DNA of 64,000 bases from Takakia lepidozioides. Lineage: Eukaryota; Plantae; Bryophyta. The DNA lies in assembly GCA_030704615.1 (NCBI GenBank), contig CM060731.1, positions 69,254,001 to 69,318,000 on the forward strand. Direction: 5' to 3'. Shown piece after piece: positions 1 to 12,800 of the stretch. Both the position numbers and the translations under genes were made by a program. A model generated the notes under the pieces. That model saw only the letters and a list, made by a program, of their open reading frames with translations, searched no databases and had not been told where the DNA came from. Each line of letters opens with the position of its first letter. Positions within the stretch are counted from its first letter, which is position 1.

Positions 1-2
1 CT

Positions 3-444
3 GGCACAAAGGTGGAAGGAATCAGTGATTTGGTGTTTGATAACTGACTCCACAAGGCTACATTTTGGAGTCAGGTGTGTATTCAAATAAGCCGTTTTCT
101 TTTCTTCAATTATGTGATGAGTATCTTATTTGCAATACTGACAAATATACAATTTGCAGCTCAAAAAGCGCGCCGTCATTGTGCTAGATCAGACTTTGAA
201 GGACTTGAACATTTCGATTGTTTTCCCTCCCCAAATGTCATTGGAGGCATACATAAGGCAGTGGAGAGGTCTCACCTGGAGATACTGTTTTTTCCGGGAG
301 TTCTCCAAAGATGGTAACATTTTACGGTCCAACGACTTTGACAGTCAGGTTGGAGGAGAGTGGGCCATGATGCGAGTTGTGTACAGGTGCAATATCATAC
401 TGGAAACTCTACTGCACTTTTTGGGAAATAATTTGGCTTCATGA
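3..444 (+). pseudogene. 3' end of a degenerate spliced ORF of unknown product (possibly TE-derived)
   Basis: Apparent GT-AG intron 75-159 (CAG|gtgtgt ... tttgcag|CTC) joins a frame at 3-74 that contains one in-frame TGA to the 160-444 frame LKKRAVIVLDQTLKDL...NNLAS*. No recognisable domain. Confidence 0.3.
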
Positions 445-1469
445 GGATTGTAATCATAGATCCAAATTGAATGTCGTTGACGACATTCACTTCTTTGTCT
501 GAGTTATTCTTAAGCAAGAATTTGAATTCACCTGGATTATGAGCTTATAGTGTAATTATAGTGTCCTTGATTAGAATTGATAATGTCCCTGAATGGCGTT
601 GACGACATTCACATCCAGAGTTGTTAAGAGGTTGTCAAGTTAAATAAGCACAGTGTGAAACTAACTAGAATAAAGTTAGTTATTTGTATTTAACACTTGG
701 ATTTAGGTCAAGTGTTAAATCAGGTGTCAAGTTTAGTTTTGACACCTGAACCGTCTTATCTTCACGAGTTGTAGCTAAAGTAAGCTGGAATTTTTATTTG
801 TAAGCATGTTATTCAGACTGGTATTGGTTTTGCAAGCACAGTGTAGGGTCCACCTCTTTGCAAATTAAGCCTTATGTGCATGCATACTATGGTGAAGAGA
901 GGGACAGTTTGGGGCTGGTCTAAACAAGTTCCTCTGCTTTCCTGCTTTGCAGAGAATAGCAGTGGCAGAAGAGGTTCTTCCAGCTCCACGAGCTGCAGGA
1001 GAGTCATTTGGAGTGAATGTGCCTGACCACATAAAACAATCAGTCTCTATGTCTTTGTCCAAGGTTGGCCAACCAACCTGTGTAGGCTAGGGGATCTCAG
1101 CACCCACAAATCCTTCAATTGGCTCGGAGGTGCTACTAGGAACGCTTGGCCTGCAGCAATGCCTAACTTTTAAGCACCCTAAGGCTGGTTCAATCAAGAC
1201 ACACTTCAGAGACCTGGATGTACTAATTTCAGTTGCCACTTTCTTCACTGGTTCTGTTTCTGATCTGCTCAGAGAGAAAGGAGGGTGCACAATATATAAC
1301 GGGGTTGTGTACTTGTCATTGATAGGTGGATTGACGCAATCATCTCCAACGTGTATTTTGCAGATTGGACAGTGTCACTGTCCGCTAGTGCATGAACGTG
1401 GCTGTCATTCCAAGTTAGCTTTGCTTGCGAAGGAGAGTCTGCAATTTTGGTAATTTCATTAATTCTCAG

Positions 1470-2357
1470 GCTGGGAGCTCTAGAAAAGGGGAAAGAGGTC
1501 CATGGTGACATTGTCAAAGCTGGATTTGTACCAGATGTCATTCTGAACACTTCCCTGGTGGACATGTATGCCAAATGTGGGTGCATTAAGGATGCTAAGG
1601 GAGTTTTCAACACTATGGCTGAATGAGATGTGGTGTCATGGAACGTGGGGGGGACGTGATGCTTGCAGGGTATGCACAGCGGGGACATGGTATGGAGGCT
1701 TTGGAGACCTATGATCAAATATTGATGGGGGAAGGGGTGAAGTTGCAGCATACTGGTACTTCACAGCCATGGCGGCTCTCTCAGCCCCTCCCTTTTTTTT
1801 TTCTTCTGTTTTATTTTGGCAATGGAAGAGAGCAGCAGCTCTGCTGTGTCCTTCCCTTGCTTATGCCGATCGTTAAAGTGGAAATTGTACCAGTTGTCAT
1901 TCTGAACTCTGCCCTGGTGGACATGTATGCCAAATGTGGGTGCAGCAAGCCTGATGCGAAGGGAGAGTTCGACAATATGGCTGAACGAGACGTGGTATTT
2001 TGGAGTGCCATGATTGCAAGGTATGTGCATTATGATGGGTATGGGATTAAGGCTTTGGAAACCTAAGAGCAAATGATGTGGGAAGGGATGAAGCCAGACC
2101 AGGTCATGTTCATTTGTGTTTGTAATATGCATATGCGAACCTAGCAGCCCTGGGGAGGGGCAAAGAGGTTCATGGTGACATTATCAAAGCTGGAATTGTA
2201 CCAGATGTCATTCTGAACATTCCCTTGGTGTACATCTACATCAAATGTGAGCCTGGCAACCCTAAAAAGGGCACAAAGGTCCATGGTGACATCGTCAAAG
2301 CTGGAGTTGTATCACTAGATGTCACTCTAAACACTGCCTTGGTGGATATGTATCTCA
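1470..2357 (+). pseudogene. Fragmented PLS-class pentatricopeptide repeat (PPR) pseudogene
   Basis: Repeated PLS motifs: LGALEKGKEVHGDIVKAGFVPDVILNTSLVDMYAKCGCIKDAKGVF, DVVFWSAMIARYV...GIKALET and KGTKVHGDIVKAGVVSLDVTLNTALVDMY. Interrupted by stops, frameshifts and unrelated sequence. Confidence 0.88.
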
Positions 2358-2589
2358 AGGCAGCCCTGGAAGTGGATGTCACTTTGGGTGACATGGTAGC
2401 TGGCACCACCATTCTCTGGAACTACAAGTTCCTGAATTCATTCTCGAAATGATTTCTGATTTTCTCTTGACATGTCCACAATAGTGCTGGACCTAGCTGC
2501 ACAGCAGATTTTCCTTACTCAATGACTTCACTTGGGATGGATATGGCAACATGGCCCTCATGTTGGTCATCTGTAGAATGTGACCAAAC

Positions 2590-3456
2590 TTGTTTTATAA
2601 AGCACTCTTGATATAGAGGTTGATGACTCCTATTGCTCCGGCATTGTTGGGCATCAACAGAGTCAATATTTGAACTCTACCTTGCATCCATGTGGAGGAG
2701 GCTATCACCAGGTTGGAGAGAGATGGGCTAACAAAAATAACCGTGCCGCCTCTAGAGTTTTCGATGGTCTGGTTCCAGTGGCTGTGATCAGCTGGCCAAA
2801 GCTGGTCTCCAAGAGCTGTAATCTTGGAAAGCTCAAGTTTATGTTCCTGCAGCACGATGATAGCATCTTGGTGAAGGTATGGAGCAAGCCAGGTTTTAAG
2901 GTTGGCCTTTTTGCTGGAGGTTTGCAGGAGCCAATTCCCCTTATGTTCCATGTGTGTAGTTTAATCAACATTGAACAAGCTTGGCAGGCTTAGAGAGAGA
3001 ATCTCCGAATTTGATGGCCTGGTTTCTTGGAAGAAAATTTTTGCTCTCTTGTCTTTAGGGAGCAATGTTTTGACCCATGTCAATCCTGGTGGAGCTTTGG
3101 AGGAGAAGCTTTTTAATTGAATGAAGAGCCCTATGGGTTTGTGGCTTAGAGTGGCTTGGTTAGATAGGTTTTGGAATGGGTCTTTGGGCAGGCTTTGCAG
3201 AAATGCTTAGTGACTGGGTGGTGGCATTCCAAACCAAAATTTCTTGTAGACAGCGAGGGGAGTTGGACCAACCCTGTCTGGGAATTGTTGTAACCAGCTG
3301 AGTTTGTCTTTGTCTGACCACTCTAATGTTGGCAGGGTCTTGCGATATCTCCACGCTGAGGGTCTCTAATCATGCATGCATAGTAAAAAACTATAGTAGG
3401 TTGGAGCCATACCTCACAATGCCCTTTTGGCTGGATGACAGGTGAAGTCAGTATTG

Positions 3457-3518
<62 letters not shown>

Positions 3519-6500
3519 GCAGGGGGCGGGTTGTCCTTGTTCCCATTGCAGGTGGGCTCCTTGGCTGAGTTTCTTGTTCTTCCATCCCTGCTGGCTGCAG
3601 AAGTTGAAGAGGCTCGTGTGGAATTTCCTCGGAGTCAGTCGCTTTCCAAAATAGCTTGAAGGATTTGGAAGCCATTTGTCAATGTGTCTCTGGCCCTGTA
3701 TTGAGCTTGATTGGAGCACCACGGTGCCGAGTCTGCTGCATCTCTAACCCACAATTCGTTAGAGAGTGGCGGGCCATTACAGATTTTTTCTGCATTCAGT
3801 AATGCCAGGATCTGAGTTGACGGGCCATCGCTTATCCCTGGGTAGTCTTCCACATAGGCTCCCCATGCATTTGGGGCAGTGTCAGAGAGTTTGAATTGGG
3901 GCAGGTAGGCTTTGAAGTAGTCTGCAATTTCCCCCCTAAGAGTTGGAATGGGATTGTTGTCCATGGGATTTTTGGCCACAAACTCTTTGACATCCTTAGT
4001 AATTAGCCATATTGCTTTCATGCTCTTTCTTTCCGGTGAGGTGATAAAAAATTGTTGATGCTTTTCCCGCCAATATATCAGCGGGTTTACCCAGGCAACC
4101 TGCGGTTCACTGTCTGTGTTGAGTTGTGAGCATCCTTGCAGATTTAATGCTGGAAAGGTTTGAAGTCTGAGGCAGATGTTGGCTAACAGAGGGTTCAATG
4201 CAATCCCAATCTTTGCTTTTGGGTCCTGAAAGTCTATAGAACGCATTGGCTGGTTGATTTGAATGCTGGATGGTTCAGCTCCTGGTGTGTAATATTGATC
4301 GTGAGGTCATGTGAAGATTGAGCTTGGTTTCGTGGTGGGTTCCGGACTTTAGTGTTACTTGAGGCCGCAACGACTTCCCTCTCTGTGGGATGTTGATGGT
4401 GGAATATGGCTTGCCGTGAGTCCAGGCATGGAGATGCCTCTCTTCTCTGGGTTATGACTGGTGCGTCAAAGGACGTCCCAGTAGCACGATGTCTAGATTT
4501 TGATTGCAGACAGTGGAAGTGCCTTGGCATTGGAGCATTGTGGGCCTCGGCCTCAAATATCATTGGGTCTGCTGGGCGTCTTGATCTTTTTGGCCACATG
4601 GGGAGACACAGGGACAGCTAGTGATCCTATCATCCTTCTTGAGCTCTGGCCTCTTGATGTGGGACGCTTGTGTTGGAAGGAGGCAGCTGATTGCGAAGAA
4701 TGCCTGGCTGAGGTCCATGAGTCTGTGGAGGCTGGAGGTTGAATGGGGGGGTTGTGTTCTTCTTTGGAGATTGTCTTTTCCTTTTTCCGCGGAGCCGCTA
4801 GAGAAATTATGAAATAACACATAGATGCTAAAGAATATAGCGGAAGCCTAGATATAAGTCATGACTACAGATTCTAGCGACAGTAATGGCAAGAGGGCGG
4901 AGCTCCGCCCTCACGGTGCACGCATCAAGATCCTTCGAATAATGGCTTGTCAAGATCCTTCGAATAATGGCTTGTCAGTAACGCATATAGGATGAATGTT
5001 GATCATTTCTGGGGGGCCTATGTGTCAGAAATAGGTGTCTATGAGTCCAAACTTGGAAAATTATATCAATTTCAAGTTTCAATTATAATTTCATGAAACT
5101 ACTTATATCTTGTTTCTTTTCATATTTGCTAATCCATGAAAATTATGTCCATTTTCCTCCCACTCATTCTACCATGAGCACTAGGTAAACTGTCCTTTAA
5201 GGTTCATCTCCCTTATCTCGTGGTACCGGCCCCACGGACCCATCACGGTCATGACCACGGCCACATCCACGTTGCCCTACGTCCCAAGAACTCCCATGAG
5301 TTCTCATATGTTCCTGGGCGTTCCATGCATTCCTGGATGTTCCTGAGCTCTCCCCGAGCTGGGGTTTGCTACTGCTCCTGGTGTCGTTGAGCTATGGCTT
5401 CTCCAGAGCCATCAGACCCGTCGCCCTGCACTCTTGAGCTCTCATGGCCCACTAGAAGCGCCCCCAACTTAACAAGCAAGCTATTCGCTGCCCAAAAAGC
5501 TCCTTTTCTTCGTGGCATTGAGCTTTCATGTGCCCCTGCATCCCACAGTTGAAGCAGGCTGAGCTGGAGCATCCTCCATTAGCTGATTGTGAGAAGTTAC
5601 CCATGTCGTCAATTGGCAGCCTGACATATTCTGGTATTGTGTCTTCGCTTGGCATCATGATGACCATTTTGGGGCCCCCATTTTCCTTGATTTTTGAGGC
5701 TATCGTGGCATCCTTCCATGCAGGGTCATTTCTCAGAGCGTCCAAGGGCATGTTGGGATCAAAGACTGCCAAACAATCCTAGATAGCATCCAAGAGAGTT
5801 TCCAATGACAGGGAGAAAGAAGAGATACTGGTATGGAATTTGTGAAACCACCACAATTCTAGGGGCCCATATCTTGCCATTTTTGTTGCCCATCATTGGG
5901 GACCACGGGAATATGTTAACATTGTACCCTTTGAGGTGGGGATTGAAATGTAAGGCCTTTTGAGCTGCTTCCCTGCTTTCAAATAGAAATGGAATAAATC
6001 CCCCTCCCCTTGCATGGCAGAAGTGTTGTTGAAGATCACCTTGCCAGATGGGATGTGACCCATTCTCTCACAGAAGAGCGATCCACTTTCTTCCCTGGAA
6101 GTGAATGAGGATGCTTATCTCTTGCATGTCAACAATCTTTTGATTCAAGCTCTGGATGTCCAGTTGAATGGAGAATGGGTCCTTACCCGTGGCCTCTTCA
6201 ATGGAAGCAGTGTCTTCCAGAGGTCCATCCTCCTTTTTTTTGGAGTTTTGGGAGGAGCTTGAATGCGCTGCCGAGCTTGGCCCTCCTGGCTGAAGAGAGT
6301 GTTGCTCCATTACTACATGTTGTTGAGCAGGTCCAATATCCTCTCCAAAAGCTAGAGCCTGGTGAGCAAGGAAAAAACAAGAGCCCGAGTGCATTGGAGG
6401 GCGCTACATAGGATTTCTTGTGATGTCTCGTGGGATTCTGCCTTTGGGATGCCTCCGTTGGCCTTTGTGGAGATAGTTAGGACCCATTGCTGCTGGTGGA

Positions 6501-7040
6501 AGAGGGAGGGGAGGCTCTGCGTTCGCAACAAAAATCTAGTGTAGCTAGATTTGGCTGCCTTTGCTCCAAGCTCAAAGCGAAGAGCTGAGTGAAGAGAACT
6601 TGGCGTTTGGTGCCACGAAGGGAGCGACCTCCTGGGGGTGGATTGGAATGGCTTGAATGCTCAGGGACAGGAGCTAAACTTGGCTACGGTCATTCAATTG
6701 AAAAGTGCCATGGGAGCTGGGTGTAGCATTCCTTTCGGGCTGCCGGCGATGGCTAGAGGTGCCGTGTTTTTGTTAACAGGAGATGCTCTACCTCAAAACC
6801 ATCGTTGTGGATGATGAGGTCATCTGGAGCCTAACTGAGATGCCTTGGGCATAGGGTGATATCGATGGGTAGCTGTAGAGAGCGTGCGTTTGATAGTTTG
6901 GTGATGAAGCAGGGACTGGAGCTTGATGGGTCTCTCCTGAAGAGACGTTGGAGCCGTAGAGACCGTTGAGCTCGCTCGCGAAGTCTCCTTCCGCGTTTTG
7001 CGGAGCTCCATCCCTCCCTCTCTCTCCTGTGTTTTGTTTT
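2590..7040 (-). mobile_element. Decayed L1/Tx1-like non-LTR retrotransposon (ORF1 plus the start of the ORF2 endonuclease; RT missing)
   Basis: ORF1 remnants with a CCHC zinc knuckle CFNCGMQGHMKAQC (~5515-5560) and an upstream RRM/DUF4283-like region (~5800-6140). ORF2 begins KLHTWNIRGIG (~2960) and continues in another frame ...IIVLQEHKL...RGGTVIFVS...GRVQIL...VINLY, typical of an APE endonuclease N-terminus. Confidence 0.82.
3458..3516. repeat. G59 homopolymer inside the LINE ORF1 region
   Basis: 59 consecutive G; this produces the spurious poly-Gly and poly-Pro ORFs in the track. Confidence 0.95.
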
Positions 7041-9878
7041 CAAATGACCACACCTATTTTTTCTAAGATTTATATTTTTAATTATCCAAAATAGACGAGA
7101 GCCAAAGCCCCCCTTGTAACTTTAAAAAAAAAAACCAATATTAATAGTTTGGCATTTCTTAGCTTTTCACTATCATACTTATAATAGATACATATATTTA
7201 TACTATCGTAATACTAGTAAATTGAAACGTGTCGCCTCACCACAAAACCAAAGGACTGAACTTCTGAGGGTTTCAACAAATTGGGCAAACCATTGATTTC
7301 TATCTGGTGATTTTATCATCTAAAAGTGCTGTAACATTTTCATTGAACATGTAAAGAAGAAAAAAAAGTAAAGTAAGAAAAAGTTTGTTTAATGTCCCGT
7401 GCAATTTACAGAGCCCACTGCTCAACAAACAGCCCATCGAGGGCCCAATGGAGGGTAAAAAAGAAAGTAAGTAATATTATACCAGATTTGAACAAAATGA
7501 TCTTATGACTGACAATGATGTGGCAATAATCACATGTTACTATGGCACCCTGCTGGAAACACTAAACAGTCTCTGAGAATTTTGTTCAAATTTTTAGTTT
7601 CCAATTTGTACAGTATTCCACTCGTGCACGGGACGGGTCCGGTCACATGGAAGCGGTGGAACAGGAAATAGCAGGTGAGTTTGAGAGTTGTGTGAGAACA
7701 GGTTGGTGAGGTTGTTGAGAGAGGGACAACTGTTGTGGAGGTCTTCTTGTTTGGAGTTTGGAGTCTGAGTGAGTGGGAGTGAGAAGAGGTGAGGTGGGCA
7801 GAGGAAGAGGGTGGTTGCAAGGAGGGTGGCGGTGATAAGCAGCCTTGTGGGCGATGGAACGGGTGAGGAGAGACACAAGGTGGAGCATGGCACTCGTGGA
7901 TGTAAGGCCAGCAGGAAGCAGACAGGGGGGAACGTTGAGGCGCGTACTTCGGAGAAGAAGGCAAGGGCGAGAGAGGGTTCCAGATGGGTGTGGGCTTGGT
8001 GAGGGAGGTGGAGGAGCAGAGGATCGGCAGAGAGAGTCCCGGGAGAGGAGCAGTGGAATGGGAGAAAGGCTGGAGGAAGAAGACACCATATGGGCAGAGA
8101 GAGTTGCGTAACATTTTGTCAACTTCTCCTCCTGATGTTGAGAAAGTGAAGCTGGATCCACTTTGGCCTTCATCAATCAGTACGTTGCACGGTTGGGTGA
8201 TGTGTGATCTTTGGCACCGTCTTGGTCTCAATTGAATCCTACCTTCAGTACCCTAGCGCCTCCTCTAGGGATGCAGCTTTTGGTTACTAAGCAGGGAGAC
8301 GACTCAGCTTAGTGGGCTTCAACCACGATAGCCCTAGCAAAACTTCAGAGCAGCAGCTTGACAGGTACATCAGAAGTGAGTTAATACACAGGGAGGGGCC
8401 AACCCCTCCTGTAAATAGGAAACGGGAATGGCATTGTTTGGCTTAGGTTTCGAGCTCTGAAGTCCCAGAGGCGAGCACTATAGCAAACTGAACACAGTGA
8501 TGGTGCTGGGACAGGACTGTGCCATGATCCCTAGAAATCTGAATAGATCTTGTGCATAAGGGCCTTGATCAGCCCATCAAAACTCTCACACTCTGTACCA
8601 GGGAAGAGACCACTCTATGGTAGCACATTGTCCTACTTTCTCTTCATATCTATATGGAATGGGGAGAGAGTATATCTGCAATCTGTTTGATGACTCTCTG
8701 TATCAACTTGAGTTTCTCTTTAGGCATACAGTCTATTATACTTCTACCCTCCACATCATGATTAACTCATGTCGAAACTCAAAACCCTAATGGTCATCTT
8801 AAGCTACAGCTTTGTAACCTTCACTGTGATCTGAGGGTGGATAAACAGAATTATGACATTCCAGTGGTATAGTGATTTTGACGTAAGCAAAACATGCCTG
8901 AGAATATTGGTGATGCTTGAGATTTAGAAGTGCTGGACAACAGCACATTCTTGCATTCTCAAATGCAAGAGTTAGAAAAGTGGAGACTTACTTCCGCAGG
9001 GGGTGTTCATCTTCAAGTGTACTTGACCTGCTCACTACTTCATCAACTTGAGACATGTAGATACAGTCCTACTGCTCACTCAGATAAGTGAAAATGAATG
9101 GAATACAAATGCGAGGCGAAGGAAATCAGTTATGTAAATCAAACCTACACTTTTATCTCCCCTCCTTGTCTTCAGCAGGTAGTATCCATCAGAATCACTC
9201 TTCTCGAAAGAGCTCCTGTTCACAAACACTAATACTCAACCCCAATTAATCCAGTTTGGGTGTCTCTGGTCTGCAGTTGTGCACCAAATGAACATGACTG
9301 GACTACCTTTCTAGTGGTACATGGGAACATGACCACAACCAGATTTACATCAACAAATATCTCCTCCCTTCTGGTCCTAACTTACCTTTGCCCATACAAT
9401 ACAAATGCCTACGGGAAGTGTCACAGGCTGCATCAAGCATGTCTGATGATTACATTAGCAGTTCTCACTACAAAGGAGTGATCATATCTTACAGTGTGGA
9501 CCATAGCACTACAGGCTTAAAGGATCCGACAGATTATTGATAATTCAATAAGAACTGCAATATAGCTCGTACCCCTCGCACAATCTTATAGCCAAACACC
9601 TCTACAAGGAGGAGGGGAGAGATGCTAATGTAGCGCTCTAAACTAATGATGGAGACTGCCCTTCATTGAATAATACTATCAGAAACAATGAATCCTGCTA
9701 CTTGCCAATTGTAGTCATTCAAAGCCAGTGACACCTGTTGGAGTGCAGCAGTGACAAAACAATGGTAACACATTTTCCTTTGCTTCAGTGTCCCTTAATT
9801 GAATTTTACAAATGTTTTTTACATTTGTCTTTGTGATTCGAAGATATGGTCTAATCCTAACAGTGAAAAGAATGGGCA

Positions 9879-12800
9879 TCAAAATAGTTGGACGAAGAGG
9901 CTGGTCGAGCCATCACCAAAAGACCGCAGGCCTGCAGATTTGACTACAGCGCGGCACAAAGGGCATGTCCTCTCCCTCTCAAACCTGGACACCCCACCAA
10001 AGCTAGTAGTGAGTAACCAAACAAATTCCCCGGTATTAGTGACTTTGAAAGAACATATATTGGAGAGACAAACAGAAATCAACATATTGAAAACATGGAT
10101 AGGAGGAATGTGAAGATGGATGAACAGGATGCAGACGTTTCTGTGTGCAGTATGGAGAAAGCAAAGGTATCCGATAACTCCATCCATGCAGATACTTTTC
10201 TCTTACAGAGATGACCAGTGCAAGATGGAAGAACACGCCAGACTGAATGTAAAGTAACCAGGCTTACCATTCCGATACACAATCTTCACAAAAAATGTGT
10301 TTACAACGAAGTGAGATTGGGGCATGCATCTTCTCTTGACAGATAGCGCACATGTCCCCTGCTGCAAGCACCTGCATCCGACCATTTCAAGCTCAGACCT
10401 TTCACACCCCTTCTGCTCTCTATCAACCATACATTACAACTCCCTCCCCCTACACCTCACTCTGCAAGGTTAGTATCCAACAGTGACTCTACACTCCAGC
10501 TTTGGGCTGAATACTACTGGCGCTCAATTTCATTCGTTCCCTTCTGCCCTTCCCCCAGATCCCTTTCCTGCTTCATCTGACAGGGAATGAGGTATTTGTC
10601 CAAGACTGCAGCCAGCTAAGCCCAATTTGTGTATTCATCCTCTTAAATTCCCTTCTTTCTTTCACAGGGTCTTTCTTAGACTCAGGAAGTTACATGCATG
10701 TGGCCAACTTGGGGGCCACAGCTGCAGTGCTGGAATCAATACCGATTTCTTGCATGATGTCCGCAGGAGCCACAAAATCCAATTGTTGTTCGCTGTGCAG
10801 AAACACAATGCTCTGATTTTTGGGACGACTTCAATATACCTTGGTGTTGTGAAACCCCACCAGGACACGGTCTCTCTGAGGACAGTCCTTAAGGGTATCT
10901 GTCATGGAACAAAATCCATTGATGGATGTGACTGCTTAGCCATGGCCAGAAGGGTAGAAAGTGAGAGAGATGTCTTCCATATTGGGGTGGACGTTGCCAG
11001 GACCCAGGGAAGAAACTTTATGCACTGGATCAGAGAGGGAGAGGGAGAGGGAGAGAGATCGAGCACAGTATGTCAGTTAACGAGAACTTTCACAGTTGTA
11101 GTGGAGAGGCCTGCAAAACCAGCACACATACCTCCTCACTGGTAGCATAGGCACCATATTGGACTTCCCTACGCGACAATGCTCGAACTGCTGCAATAAA
11201 TGTATGTCCCTGCCATGTCACAAAATGCCACAGGCCACAATCAGGACGTTGACCTGCAAAAATTCAAGATCTGCAGCTTAATGGACAGCCTTGCAGTTTG
11301 CTTCAGTAAATGCAAGGAGAATACTTACTCTGGAAAAAGGTAGGTAGGTAGTCTCTGGGGATTCCCCAAACCCAAGGATTTCAGTTCTCTCAAGCCAAGT
11401 TGCACCAGCTCTTAGCAGTGCCCTTACTTGTGTCCCGCAGGAAAAAGCACTGACAAGGACTTCAAAAGTCAAGAATCATACCTTCTCTACAGTTGAGGTG
11501 AGCTTGAATGTCAAGTATACGCCAGTCGTGAGAGAGGAGAAAAGATTGCCATAATCTTTGTTCAAAAAAAATCGATACCAGACAGGTACCGGTATCACAG
11601 CACGGTACAGTAACAGTATGTACTCAACCAGCGTCAACAGTTGTGCCTGCCACGCCACCACAGTCTTAGACCTGTATCTATCCCTCTCTTTCCCTGAACT
11701 TGTTTCCAGTCTGTGACATGGGGGAGGACATTATGGATGACCTCAAGGGTCTACCACCGAGACTAAAATTTAGACTCGGGGCAGGAAGCCTACTGTTGAA
11801 CAGCAAACAGAAGCAGAGAGGAAAGGGAGAGTGCATTGCCCGTTGTGTGGGCAACCTGAAGACTATATTCATTTTCTGATTCGTTGTCCGGGGTTCTCTC
11901 ACCAGAGAACCGCTCTCTTCAAATCTATCAAGGGAATTGTGCTTGTACCTCTATTTACCACTTTGAAAGTCTCAAGGCTGAGCCAAAAGCCCAGGCCCTT
12001 TTGGGGCCTAGTTATTGGGCAAACCACACACAGCAGGTTGATACTTGTGTAAAGGGATTTCTAGAGGATATCTGGAAAACCCGGATCAATTGTTTATTGC
12101 AAGGTAAGTCTTACTACCGGCGTCAGCCCCTGACAAAGGTAGGTTCTGTCCCTTTGTGTTCCGCTCAAACTGGGCACGGGGTCAATGGCCACAAGGCTAC
12201 GGCAAACAACGTCTTATGAGTACATTCTTTCCCCCATGTATCCGCAACAAGCTGACCCCAAAAAGGAAGTGAACAAATAAGTTTACACAAGACAAACTCA
12301 TGAAATGAAATAACGCACATAGCCAAGGTACCAAAAATAAATAAAACCCTTTGGGAAGGGTGCGGCCTGCCAAACCTGACGGCGGTAGTTCCGACCACGA
12401 CTGTTCTTGTAGTACATGAGAAGCCCACATTTGAGCACCATCACCGACTGCCGCACCATCGTATCTGTACATAAAGAAGGGTCAAGAGGAGAGGAAATCA
12501 GAAAAGGGCCAATGGGCCAGGGTTTGTAAGAAACCTTGTGTGCATGACAAAACAACCTCACAACCCCTTGAGCTCATCAAGACAGCAGGATGAAAAAACA
12601 ACTCCCTAGCGCCATTGGCAGAGTGCCAATTCAAGTAGAAGTGCGCACTTCTGAGGCCTGACACGTATACCTTCCACCTTCTCCGGCTTGGAACAACTTT
12701 GAAGTAGTATGTGTGGTATTCGGGCTATCAGTTGCACTCAATCGCCAATGTTTGACCCTCGACACGTATACGACTACACATTGGAACTCTGGGGGTCCGC

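Noticed and set aside
813-1450. Minus-strand ORF pieces suggesting a transposase or zinc-finger protein
   Set aside because: No motif I can identify; left uncalled.
3414-3722. Poly-Gly and poly-Pro ORFs
   Set aside because: Artefacts of the G59 homopolymer within LINE ORF1.
7530-8235. 233-aa and 177-aa ORFs with a VLIDEG retropepsin-like word
   Set aside because: Low-complexity purine/pyrimidine-skewed sequence with no gag or RT context; a DxG-like word alone is insufficient.
10627-11145. 172-aa plus-strand ORF
   Set aside because: Antisense within intron 6 of the RING gene; probably a TE remnant, with no recognisable domain.
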